Below, piece after piece: positions 36,083 to 46,400 of a DNA stretch of 64,000 nucleotides. Within the stretch, counting starts at the first letter, position 1; the number at the start of each line of letters is the position of its first letter. A program made the position numbers and the translations under genes. This DNA is from a virus, in the IMG/VR virus record IMGVR_UViG_3300030333_004348, positions 4,137-68,136 of that record; one strand, given 5' to 3'. A model generated the notes under the pieces. The model had not been told where the DNA came from and did not search any database. It saw only the letters and a list, made by a program, of their open reading frames with translations.

Positions 36083-39000
36083 TTGAGAGAGTACGAAGAA
36101 GATTTAAATCCTAGGCAAGATCCCGGTAGTGCGATAGCTAAGTCTTTAGGACAAGCTGTAGCAACTATGGGACTATTTGTAGGAGGAACTATTCTTGCAA
36201 ATATGGGATTTAAAAGAGGTAAAAGTGCTATCTTTAAATCTATGGCTCAGCATAGCAAAGGATTTAGAGATGCGGCTAAGTACGCTCAGAAAGAAGGGGA
36301 CTCTTTAACAGCTTTTTTAAGTAGAGCCAATTTCCAAAAGGGATCAGTTATGGACAGTGTGGGAGGTCTAGCTGATTGGATGCACACTGCAGCTAACAGT
36401 GCAAGATACTCATCTATAAAAGAGTCTTGGGCTGGAATGAGTAAAATAGAAAGGTATAGAAATTATAGATCATTAGGAAGAGCGGGTAAAAGCGCAGTGC
36501 ACAGTGGCATGGCTGCAAGTTACGCTAAAGAAACTGCTTTTTTCTTTCCAGTTATCTACGCCCTAGATCATAATATAGGTAAATTTGGAGGAGGACCTGA
36601 TACAAGAGAAAGGCCTGCGTGGTATAATATACCTGGCCATGCTAAAGAAATGGCTAAATTTATACCTATGTACTTAGCTGGTGATGCTATATTCAGGGGA
36701 GGAAGTAAAGTAGTTGGTGCTGGTTTTGGAATGCTAGCAGATTCTTTTGCTAAAAGTATACCTAAAGGAGTACAATCTGGAGTTGCAGAAACTATTAGTT
36801 TTTTTAATAGTGGAAAATACTTAGATCAAGAATTTATGGGAAGGCCTATAAAAGAGTGGGGATCAGAATTAAAATCAAGTATGGGCGCTTTTGCGCATGC
36901 AGTTGGACCCGGGAGAAAGAAATTAGTTACAGCTACCAAAAAAACACAGTCAGGATACGAAAGGACTGGAAATAGTATTCGAAATATTTATAAAAGAGCA
37001 GTAGAAGATTTTCATGAAAAGAAAAGTCATCTTTATAAAGTGTCCTTAAGAAAGTATAAACAAAGAATGCAAAGAATGGATAAAAATTCTGACTTTGCAG
37101 TTAGAGATAATTTTGATGATTTTATACACTTTATGGGAACGGGTAGCGGAGAAAGTTTGTATGCAAGAATCATGGGAACTACAAACTATGCGGGTTCAGG
37201 TAGGAGTTTTGTACATAAACAATTTTATAATGAATCTGATAGAATGCCTTATATGGCAAAATTACTAGGTTTACGAAGAGCTCGTGGATCAGATTTTAAA
37301 GACAAGGATACTCTAGGTAGTATTTATGATACTTTAAAAAAGAAGCATGGAAGAGAGGGAAAGAAAAAGCTATTAAAAGAAAATAGCAAAGATGAATTTA
37401 TAGATAATTTAGTATCTAGAAATATGTTTATACATGAAGGATCAGGTAAGCTGGTGGACTTAGCTCCCATGAGCGGGAAGTATTGGTCTTCAAAAATGTT
37501 ACACTCTAAGCCTTTAGTATTAGGTGGAAAATTTTCTATGGCTGACTTATTTCCGTTTAAAGTAATGGCTGCGGATCAGCAAGCTTTTCATAGAATAATA
37601 CCAATGGAAGAGTTTGCAGCTATAAACCCAGCTAATCAAACTCAAGCTTTTAAAAACAGTCCATGGGTAACTCACTCTGGTATGGGCGGAAGATCCAAGG
37701 TTCACCCTAATATTTATAGATTTAATAAAGAGGTTGATGGACTTGGATTATTAACAAGGAAAGCAGGTGATTTAAATTATAATTTGTTTGACTATCAAGG
37801 TGGTGCATGGGATCAGATAGGAAGAGATTTAAAAGCTGGATTAGTTAGTGATTCTCCTAAGCTTGCAAACGTCTATATTCAAGGGTTAATAAGGCAGCAC
37901 ACTACTCCCAAAGATAGAATGTCTACTCCTAGTGATAATCCAATTGTTAGCTTCATACAAAGAAATTTTAGTTTATTAGATAATGAAGGTATTACTCCTA
38001 GTTGGTTTGGAAAACTTAGGAAGTTTATGCCAGATAATATTAATAGCCTACTAGATAGTAAAAGTAGTTTTCCATATAGTACTGGTTTTGCAAAAAATAC
38101 ACTTTCTGATTTAAAATCATGGGGGAAAGGTGTCGATGATAATGTTCTTGGAAGTAAAAGTGCTTCGCATAGGATAGCAAATTTATTAGCTAGAACAAGA
38201 ACTTATGGAAATAAAATGTCTAAAGAGTCTTTTAACGAAACTCTATCTGAAGATAGATTTATGGGAAGAGTTTTAGAATTTTTAGATAATCAGGGTGTGA
38301 TTCAAAAGTCTTCGCAGCATGAAAGATTTGATGCTAATGCTATATTAGCAGATGATGATGCTTTAATTGGAATTGCATCAGACTTGTTTAAAAAATCAAA
38401 GGATTCTCCGATTAAAGTATTTGGAGAAGATAAGGCTATTGATCGAATAATAGAATCTGTTAAAACAACAGGAAGAGGACTAGCAGACAGAGGGGGAGTA
38501 GAAACCCCAAAACAAAAAATTAAAAGATTTATTTATGAGTATGCAGTGCATCATTCTAATCTAAATAGACTAGAAGAAAATCATATAGTCAGCTTATTGC
38601 GTGGTGATTTGCAACAAGCAGCTACTGAGGGAATTGTATCTTCAAAACAACTAGCAAAAGTTGATTTTGGAATGTTTGCAGATAAATTAAGATACAGATT
38701 ATCAGGAGTTGTTCCAGAAAATTTATTAGATCCTGAAGTTGGAGGAGTTTTTAGCACAGAAGCAATTAATAGAGTAAGTAAATCTATAGGAGATAAGCAC
38801 CAATCTTTTCTTAATTTAGTTAAGACTGACTTATTAGACCGAACTGCACTATCAGGAAAAGGATCAGCTATAGATGAGTTAATGGCCCAGACAAATACTT
38901 TCGATACAGTTTATGCCGCTAATAGCTCTTTTGTTGTAGATGACGTTGTTAGAGCAGCAAATCAAGTAAGAGATGCTAATCCTTTTGTCGCTTATCCTGC

Positions 39001-42000
39001 TGCCCTTAAAGATCAAGCGGGACTTGGCATGGGATGGGCTCTACGTACAGTTAATAATATTACGAGTTTTACTGGGCTCGGATGGGATCAAGCAAAGCAC
39101 CCAGGAGTAGGAGATGTCGCAGCTTTATGGGGCAAAAGATTAGGAGCTTTTGCTTTAGGAAGTATAGCTTATAATGCTGCAGATACATTTACGGATACGT
39201 CAGGTCTTTTTGATTGGACATTTTTAGATGAAGGAATAACAGTAGGTGTCGCTGATCAAATGGTTAAAGCTAGAATGATGGCTGGCTGGGCTTATGATAA
39301 AATGGGAATAGATAATGCCGCGCGTTACATGGAAGGTCTTATGCCTGGCTCTACCAAAGTATTACCTGGAGCAGCGGTTGGATACGCTGCTGGAGGTATT
39401 AAGGGAGCTATATTAGGTGGGTTAGCAAATGCTTATTTACAGCCTCAACTTGCAGAAGGTCCTTTATCTTTCTTAGCAGCTCTACCTCCTTTAGCACCCT
39501 TTGTTACAGATATGACTAAAGATTTTAAATCTTTACAAAATATATATGAAGGAACAGAGCTACTTCCAGTAAGAAAAGGAAGAGGTTGGACTTTAGGCCT
39601 AACTCCTATAGCTGGAGGCAGAATAGAAAGATATGAACCGGGATGGTATCCTAGATTAAAATCTCAGTTCCAAGCTGGTCCTGAGTTGTATGGATCAAAA
39701 CTAGAACAATTTTTAGCTAAAGATATTCCACTAGTCGACTTTTCTTTAATGGATATAGTAGATCCACACTACTTAGAGAAAAAACAATATCAGAATAGGC
39801 CTTTCCATGAGCCTTCTACCGTATTTTCAGAAGTCCCTTTAGTTGGGCCCACTCTAGGAGCTACAGTAGGTCGTTTGTACAATAAGCTACATCCTATGGC
39901 TTTCTCAGGAGAAATGCATGCTAATGAAGCTAGACAAGCATATATGAAGGGTCAATCTTTTAATTGGAAGGGAGAAAGTTTAGGAACATATGGACCCCAA
40001 TATATGGGCTTTATGGGGGATTTTTCAGAGCAGGGCGCTGATGGAAAAAAAGCTGTAATGTCTCAAAATAATTTAAAACCTCTAATAGGAGAACAAGTTT
40101 ATAAGGGTTGGATAGAGCCTCTAGGTCTACCTGGTTTTATTACTTCAGCTATGTTATGGGGAGGAGATGAGCCCTTTACTGATATTCCAGTAGCTCAGAA
40201 TGCAAATATATTAGATTCTCATGCAAGAACTTTTTGGGATCAAGGTTTTGGTGATTTAATGGGAACTACTGAGTTATACAGAAGGGCTGTTCCTAGGCCT
40301 CGTACTAGTTTTGAATCAATTAATATTTTACAAAATCAAATGCCAGGATGGATGCCTGAAAACTTTCAACAAGGTGATCCTTATTGTTTAACTCCTGAGA
40401 CTTATGTTGAAACATCTTCTGGACTAAAAAGAGCTGACTCTATAAGTGAAGGAGATTTAGTAAGAACTTTACAAGGCAGATATTTTCCTGTTTCTGCAAC
40501 TAAAACTAGGAAAGTAGATGAAGATATATATGTGATTACCATAAATGGATTAGAAGACTTCCCAATCAGAGTAACAGGTGGGCATCCATTTTATATAGAT
40601 GAAGAATGGAAATTTGCAAAAGATTTAACAGAATCTGATAAAGTTACTTATCCATTACTTAATATAGATTTACCTTCTTCTGTCTCTGTTTTAACGGATG
40701 GAAGTGTAGCTGTAACTGCTTCTTTAGCTTATTTATATGGATTATTATCTAGGTGGTCTGATCATTCTAATCCTACAAACTTAAGATCTGATATTCCTGA
40801 AACTACTGAACTAGAAATTAAACAATATAGTGAATCATTATTAAAAAATAAAATTGATTATGAAATGATTCACCACTTTCAAAGATATGGACCTTCTAAG
40901 CACTTTGGAGATGCGGATCTTCCAGTACTATTAAATTACTTAAAACCTTTTTTTACAGTAACTGCAGATAAAACATTAGAGTTTGCTGTTCATACAAAAA
41001 ATGCTGCATACAATATATGGTCCTTGTTACTGCAAAACAAGATAGTTTCTAAAATAAAGTGTAATAAAATTATTATTGAAGGTACTTATGCAGTAGAAGT
41101 TGCGTTCTTTATGGGCATGACTCTGAACTACAGAACTCCTGCTTCAACTCCTTGTACATTTGATATGAATAAAAATACAACAAAGCACGGTCCAATAGTC
41201 TACTTAGATATAGCTTCTATAACTAAAGAAAAATATAAAGGATTAGTGTATGCAATAGATGTAGGCGAAGACGCAACCTTCACAGTACCAGGAGCAGCTG
41301 TACATAATAGTAAGATAGCAAGAGGTGAATTACTTTTACCTGGAAAGTCTTTTGAAAGTTTTTTTAATCCCAAAATAACATTCCCTACTGGTGCGTCGCA
41401 GTTAGGTAATACTCCTTATGAGCAGGCATTACATATGATAGGTCTTGGGGATTTTGCTATGGGCAACAACCCTGGTACAGATGATATACTAGAAGAAGGT
41501 ACTCAAATTCACGAAATGGTTCAAAGTCAATTAGTACAAGCTGGTCTAGTATCTCGGGTAGAGGCGCTGGTTGCTGATACAGAAAATAATATAAAAGGTT
41601 ACGTGGATGCCATGTATAATGATCCACGGACTGGAAAAGAATTACCAATTGAGATTAAGAGTATTGGGGGTGTAGGTTTGTATAAACTTAATGAACCCAA
41701 ATGGAAACATAAAATTCAGTTAAACACTTATATGGCTATGCTAGGAGTAACTAGTGGTAAACTCTTATACGTCTCTCGAGACGATCCTTCACAAACTAAA
41801 GAGTTTACTGTACGTTTTAATCCTAACCTTTGGGAAAGTACCAAAGGAGATTTAGCCCAAGCTAGGATGCTAGCAACTGAATATTTAGAACAAGGATATG
41901 GGCATGCTATGGAAGGTTACTCTTACTTAGACAGGCTACAAGTGTTACTAAATGCATCCCCCTACTCTAGAAAATTTAGAGAAACTCAAAAGCTCGTACA

Positions 42001-43426
42001 GCATCAATTAGATCAGGGATATTTATCTCCAGAAGAAGAAGAGCAGTTTACTACCTTAGGGAAACAGCATCAGTCTATGCTAAGAAAATATCAAATGTAC
42101 CCTAGAAGATTCCAGGTATCTGATTTATTAGACCCTGATACAGAGTACCAAAATTTATCTGATAATGAGAACATACAACCAGCAAGTGATTATAATATTT
42201 TTGAAAGAATAGTAGGATCGGTTTGGGAAACAGCAACACACTTAAGGTCACCAATTCACACAAAACTAATTGGCCATTATTCTCCAGAAGAAACATATGA
42301 GAATATGATGGTTAGAGGAGATTTCGCATCTTGGACTAGACCTATAGAAGGCTTTGTTAAGCCCTATGGAAGAGGCTTAAGGGCTGCAGATACACCGTTA
42401 CAGGGAGCTATTTCTTATGGAATGGGAGGAGCCCTTCTAGGAGGAGGTATACCTGGTGCTATTTTTGGTACTGTATTCGGCGGAGTATATGGTAGTCTGC
42501 ATGGAATGTATAGAAGTATGACTGGAACGAATTACACTCCTGATAGCTTTAAAGATAGAGTAGCAATGCAAGAGTATTTTGATAAAGTTGAATACGCAAG
42601 AGCACTTCAAATGTATAAAACTACAGGTAATAAAGAATGGAGAAGAGAAATCACTAGTAATCCATATGGATGGATTGAAACGGGAGGAGGACAAGCTTTT
42701 AATGTTCCTATGCCTAGTGCGTCTATTGGGTACAACAGTAGAGTAGCTAATCAAGCTTATAATACAATAGGAAGTCCAGATAGAGGATTCAGATCTCCCT
42801 ATGGAGGTCAGGACTCTCAACGTAGTTTAGATTTTGATCCGGACGTTAATATGTATAGTGCATTTTCTGCATTAGCTCCGTGGGACAGACCCTTTTGGAC
42901 AGCATTTATGGATACACCTGAAAACAAAAGAGCAGATGTGTTAAATGTAGTAGATAAACAAATGGGAGATATGCTACAAATATACTGGGGCAAAGGAGAA
43001 AATGTAGCAATGCCTAACATGGGAAGCTACTTTACTAATAATTATAACCCATCAAACCTACATCCATTAATGGATCCTACCGTTAATATAGAAGACTACC
43101 AAGTAGTAACTGCTGAGGATAATGGATTAAACGCACACGATTTTGGTTTAGGATGGCGTGATCAAATGAGAAGGATAGCTACTAATCCTTTTGCTATAAA
43201 ACCTGTAGATATAGAAGCTCAAGGAGTTTCCCCTTCTACGATAAGAAGTAATTTAAGTCAGGGAGAAATTAGAGATACATTAAGCAAACTACTAGAAAGA
43301 ATGGGATATGGGGGAGCTACAATTAATGTCAGACAGATACCGTCTAATAGCTCTGATACTACAGTAGTAATAAATGTTAAAAGAAGTTCAACTAATGACT
43401 TAATAGATCGGATGGGAGGCATTTAA
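36083..43426 (+). CDS. tape-measure-position giant virion protein with intein and PD-(D/E)XK nuclease domain
   Basis: Follows the tail chaperones; TTG start with AAGGAG SD; Gly/Ala-rich hydrophobic segments; intein; GTQIHE..GYVDA..IEIKS..QLNTYM..LLYVSRD. Confidence 0.7.
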   Translation: MREYEEDLNPRQDPGSAIAKSLGQAVATMGLFVGGTILANMGFKRGKSAIFKSMAQHSKGFRDAAKYAQKEGDSLTAFLSRANFQKGSVMDSVGGLADWMHTAANSARYSSIKESWAGMSKIERYRNYRSLGRAGKSAVHSGMAASYAKETAFFFPVIYALDHNIGKFGGGPDTRERPAWYNIPGHAKEMAKFIPMYLAGDAIFRGGSKVVGAGFGMLADSFAKSIPKGVQSGVAETISFFNSGKYLDQEFMGRPIKEWGSELKSSMGAFAHAVGPGRKKLVTATKKTQSGYERTGNSIRNIYKRAVEDFHEKKSHLYKVSLRKYKQRMQRMDKNSDFAVRDNFDDFIHFMGTGSGESLYARIMGTTNYAGSGRSFVHKQFYNESDRMPYMAKLLGLRRARGSDFKDKDTLGSIYDTLKKKHGREGKKKLLKENSKDEFIDNLVSRNMFIHEGSGKLVDLAPMSGKYWSSKMLHSKPLVLGGKFSMADLFPFKVMAADQQAFHRIIPMEEFAAINPANQTQAFKNSPWVTHSGMGGRSKVHPNIYRFNKEVDGLGLLTRKAGDLNYNLFDYQGGAWDQIGRDLKAGLVSDSPKLANVYIQGLIRQHTTPKDRMSTPSDNPIVSFIQRNFSLLDNEGITPSWFGKLRKFMPDNINSLLDSKSSFPYSTGFAKNTLSDLKSWGKGVDDNVLGSKSASHRIANLLARTRTYGNKMSKESFNETLSEDRFMGRVLEFLDNQGVIQKSSQHERFDANAILADDDALIGIASDLFKKSKDSPIKVFGEDKAIDRIIESVKTTGRGLADRGGVETPKQKIKRFIYEYAVHHSNLNRLEENHIVSLLRGDLQQAATEGIVSSKQLAKVDFGMFADKLRYRLSGVVPENLLDPEVGGVFSTEAINRVSKSIGDKHQSFLNLVKTDLLDRTALSGKGSAIDELMAQTNTFDTVYAANSSFVVDDVVRAANQVRDANPFVAYPAALKDQAGLGMGWALRTVNNITSFTGLGWDQAKHPGVGDVAALWGKRLGAFALGSIAYNAADTFTDTSGLFDWTFLDEGITVGVADQMVKARMMAGWAYDKMGIDNAARYMEGLMPGSTKVLPGAAVGYAAGGIKGAILGGLANAYLQPQLAEGPLSFLAALPPLAPFVTDMTKDFKSLQNIYEGTELLPVRKGRGWTLGLTPIAGGRIERYEPGWYPRLKSQFQAGPELYGSKLEQFLAKDIPLVDFSLMDIVDPHYLEKKQYQNRPFHEPSTVFSEVPLVGPTLGATVGRLYNKLHPMAFSGEMHANEARQAYMKGQSFNWKGESLGTYGPQYMGFMGDFSEQGADGKKAVMSQNNLKPLIGEQVYKGWIEPLGLPGFITSAMLWGGDEPFTDIPVAQNANILDSHARTFWDQGFGDLMGTTELYRRAVPRPRTSFESINILQNQMPGWMPENFQQGDPYCLTPETYVETSSGLKRADSISEGDLVRTLQGRYFPVSATKTRKVDEDIYVITINGLEDFPIRVTGGHPFYIDEEWKFAKDLTESDKVTYPLLNIDLPSSVSVLTDGSVAVTASLAYLYGLLSRWSDHSNPTNLRSDIPETTELEIKQYSESLLKNKIDYEMIHHFQRYGPSKHFGDADLPVLLNYLKPFFTVTADKTLEFAVHTKNAAYNIWSLLLQNKIVSKIKCNKIIIEGTYAVEVAFFMGMTLNYRTPASTPCTFDMNKNTTKHGPIVYLDIASITKEKYKGLVYAIDVGEDATFTVPGAAVHNSKIARGELLLPGKSFESFFNPKITFPTGASQLGNTPYEQALHMIGLGDFAMGNNPGTDDILEEGTQIHEMVQSQLVQAGLVSRVEALVADTENNIKGYVDAMYNDPRTGKELPIEIKSIGGVGLYKLNEPKWKHKIQLNTYMAMLGVTSGKLLYVSRDDPSQTKEFTVRFNPNLWESTKGDLAQARMLATEYLEQGYGHAMEGYSYLDRLQVLLNASPYSRKFRETQKLVQHQLDQGYLSPEEEEQFTTLGKQHQSMLRKYQMYPRRFQVSDLLDPDTEYQNLSDNENIQPASDYNIFERIVGSVWETATHLRSPIHTKLIGHYSPEETYENMMVRGDFASWTRPIEGFVKPYGRGLRAADTPLQGAISYGMGGALLGGGIPGAIFGTVFGGVYGSLHGMYRSMTGTNYTPDSFKDRVAMQEYFDKVEYARALQMYKTTGNKEWRREITSNPYGWIETGGGQAFNVPMPSASIGYNSRVANQAYNTIGSPDRGFRSPYGGQDSQRSLDFDPDVNMYSAFSALAPWDRPFWTAFMDTPENKRADVLNVVDKQMGDMLQIYWGKGENVAMPNMGSYFTNNYNPSNLHPLMDPTVNIEDYQVVTAEDNGLNAHDFGLGWRDQMRRIATNPFAIKPVDIEAQGVSPSTIRSNLSQGEIRDTLSKLLERMGYGGATINVRQIPSNSSDTTVVINVKRSSTNDLIDRMGGI
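40385..41308 (+). mobile_element. intein (308 aa) with decayed LAGLIDADG region
   Basis: GDPY|CLTPETYV..VTGGHPF..LAYLYGLL..VYAIDV..AAVHN|SKIARGE. Splicing residues are intact; the endonuclease motifs lack the acidic residues. Confidence 0.9.
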
Positions 43427-46400
43427 TGGCAGAAAAATCAGATAAAAGAATTGATGAAATTTTAGATGATGCTACCAATGATAAGTCTTTAGAAAGAAGA
43501 GGAGGTAGTGCGATTGCAGCATTGATAGCGTTACCTTCAATGTTAGGAATTGTTAGTTCTCAAAGTCAATGGATTTATAACGGAGGACTTCAATCGTTTA
43601 GAGAAACTATAGCAAGAAGGCTAGGAGACTTATTTGCTGCTGCAGAGGATAATGCCATAGTAAATTCTATGTCAGGCTCTAAGCCTATACAAGTACAAGT
43701 TAAAAATCTTAAAGAAGAACTTTTAAATAAAGCTAGAAATTCTGCAGGGGCTGAAACATTTAAGAAAGCGTCAGCTATACCAAACTGGGCTCAATCTGCG
43801 GAAGAATTAGCTAGAGACAGAGAGGCTGCTTTTCCTTCCAGAAATATGGTAAATGAAGTATCTGCTCCTGCAGAATTTCCATCTGTTAAACAGCAATTAG
43901 ATTTACCTGTTAATAATGCTCAAAGAGCTTATAATATTATGACTAATAATATAGTAGGGGCAGGTTCTGGGGTAGCTGAAAATGTATTTAGAGTATCAGG
44001 CGAAATGACTTCGGATGATATATTTAAAAATATTAATGCCATGCTGGGAGACTATACAACAGGTCTTACTCCTTCTGAACTTGCAAATGGAGGCAGTAGC
44101 GCTAGTGTAATAAATGAAAGAATGGCAAGTTTAGAACAAAAGCACTTAGCAATACTAAGAGCGGCAGGACATCCAGAGTTATATGACTCTACATTTAGTC
44201 ACACTGCATACGCAAAACAATTAAGTAATGGGTTATCTACTTATCAAAATCAGATTGCTGATTTAAAACAGCAAGTTAATAGATTAAATGAATTAGCTAC
44301 AACAGCGTCTAATCAGAAACAAAGACGAGCAGCTAAAGCTCAACTTAACTTGCTAGCAAAAAATGCAGGTCTTTCGCCTACTCAGTATATCCAAACTATC
44401 AACTCCATGTCTGTACGTGTAGAGTTAACTTCTATACTTAGAGGGGATATACCTTTTCCAAAAGCTACAGTTGTTATTGATATGGGAAAACATAAGTCTT
44501 CTATTAAACAATCTTTTAATATTGAAAGATTTGGAATGTTTCTTCCTCATAGAGGAGCTCAAGTACATAATACAGCACTGCTAGTTCAAGGAACTACAAA
44601 TGCTGTCACTGCGACCTTAGCTGAAATGCAAGATGCATTCTCTAATGTTACTAAACAAATTAATGATTTATTAGATGCAGGATTAGAGGGTTATCAGATA
44701 GATCAAATGAGTGCTCATACAAGAACGGTTTATAGAGAACTAGTTGGACCTCAAACCGCTCACTTACAAGATGTAATGAGAGGATTTAAAGTAATAAGCG
44801 ATGATTTTAGAAATCTAGCAGGAGAACGTCCTGACTTTTTCTATAAAATGCATGCTCTAGCTAAACAATCTTTCTTTACTGACTCTATGACGTACAACAC
44901 AGAGACACCTATAATTGCGTTTGATATGGAGTTTAATTCTCCTACCTCAAGTACTAAAGGTTCACAGCTTCAAACTAGAGATGCACGAACTAGAGTATTT
45001 TGGATGAACTACATTGTTAAAAAGGGCGGATCAGACGAAAAAATTTATAATCATTTTATACTACCAGAAAATTGGGAAGATGTCAGGCAGAGTGCAAGAT
45101 TATTTACAGCAAGACACCAAGATCCTTCAGGCTTTCAATTATTTGAAGATTTAGTTAAAACTTTTAAAGAGGCTCAAACTGATATAGATAGTGGGGCTAG
45201 ATTTGTAGATGTTAAAACTCATGGTTTAACTCGTGCAAAAGAAAGAATATGGAGTGAATGGGGTAGTATGGTGGAGATTGCTAGAAATGCATATAAATCT
45301 CCTGATGGAACAATTGCGTGGCTTGGTCACAATATTGCTAATGCAGACTTACCAATATTAAATAAAACTGTAAGCAGAGTACTAGAAAACAATAAAGACT
45401 TGCTTAGTGCAGATGAAATTAGATTATTAGAAAGATTAAAACTAGATACTAGTTCTCAGAGTTTAGCATCTAAGGGTCTAGTTATGGATACCTATGCTAT
45501 GGCCAGGGCTGCTTTTTTAGATGTTGAAAGAGTACAAAGTGCTAGTCTAGAAAATAGTTTTGAAGTAATTATGAATCAATCTGTTGCAGAAATTAATCCT
45601 GAAAAAGATTACATAAAAGGAGATACGTGGACTAGGGGGTTGTCAGATGCAGTTAAAAGATCTAAGGGAAGAATTAATAATGAAGTTAATAAATATATAA
45701 ATGAGCTTCCTAAAAATGTTAGATTAGGAATAAAAAACTGGATACTTCAAAATCCTGAGGATGTTATAAACACTTTTGGACAACAAGGACATCACTCTGC
45801 TCCTTTTGATACTAGAAAGTCTTTAATACTTAAAGATTTATTAAAATGGAAAATAGATAAAATTAAATCCTCTAACCCAGAGTTGTATAAGTCTATTACT
45901 CAACTAGGTAACACTGCACAACAAATCGTAGAAGGTAAACGTTTTGCATGGTATCGTAATATAGATTTAGCTGATGCTAGTTCTTTGTATGATGTACCAG
46001 AACGACCACAGGGACCCGAAGAATTTGGTAAAAGAATTTTTTCACATTTATTTGCATTTACACCAGCAGGAGCTGCAGCAGGTAGAGGAGGACTATTTGG
46101 TCCAGAAAATTATCTACCTTTTGGACAGTATACTAATTTGCAGAAACAAATGTATCAAACTGCAAGTTCTAAAACACTATTACCTGGTCTAGAGTCTGCA
46201 GAGATAGCTGCTTCAGGCGGACAAATGCCTGTTGTACAGAAAAGTATAGATGCTACTTCAGGGGATAGTTTATTTACTACTAGTTTACAAGCAACTATTT
46301 CAAGAAAATTTAATGAATATCAACAGCGTCTTGGAAGTTTAAATGCACCTGTTGCAAATAGATTTAATGTTATGACTGCCTATTTACCTGATCATAATAG

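Noticed and set aside
41490-41830. Cas4-like domain as evidence of a CRISPR-Cas system
   Set aside because: No repeat-spacer array or other cas genes are visible, and the Fe-S cysteines are absent
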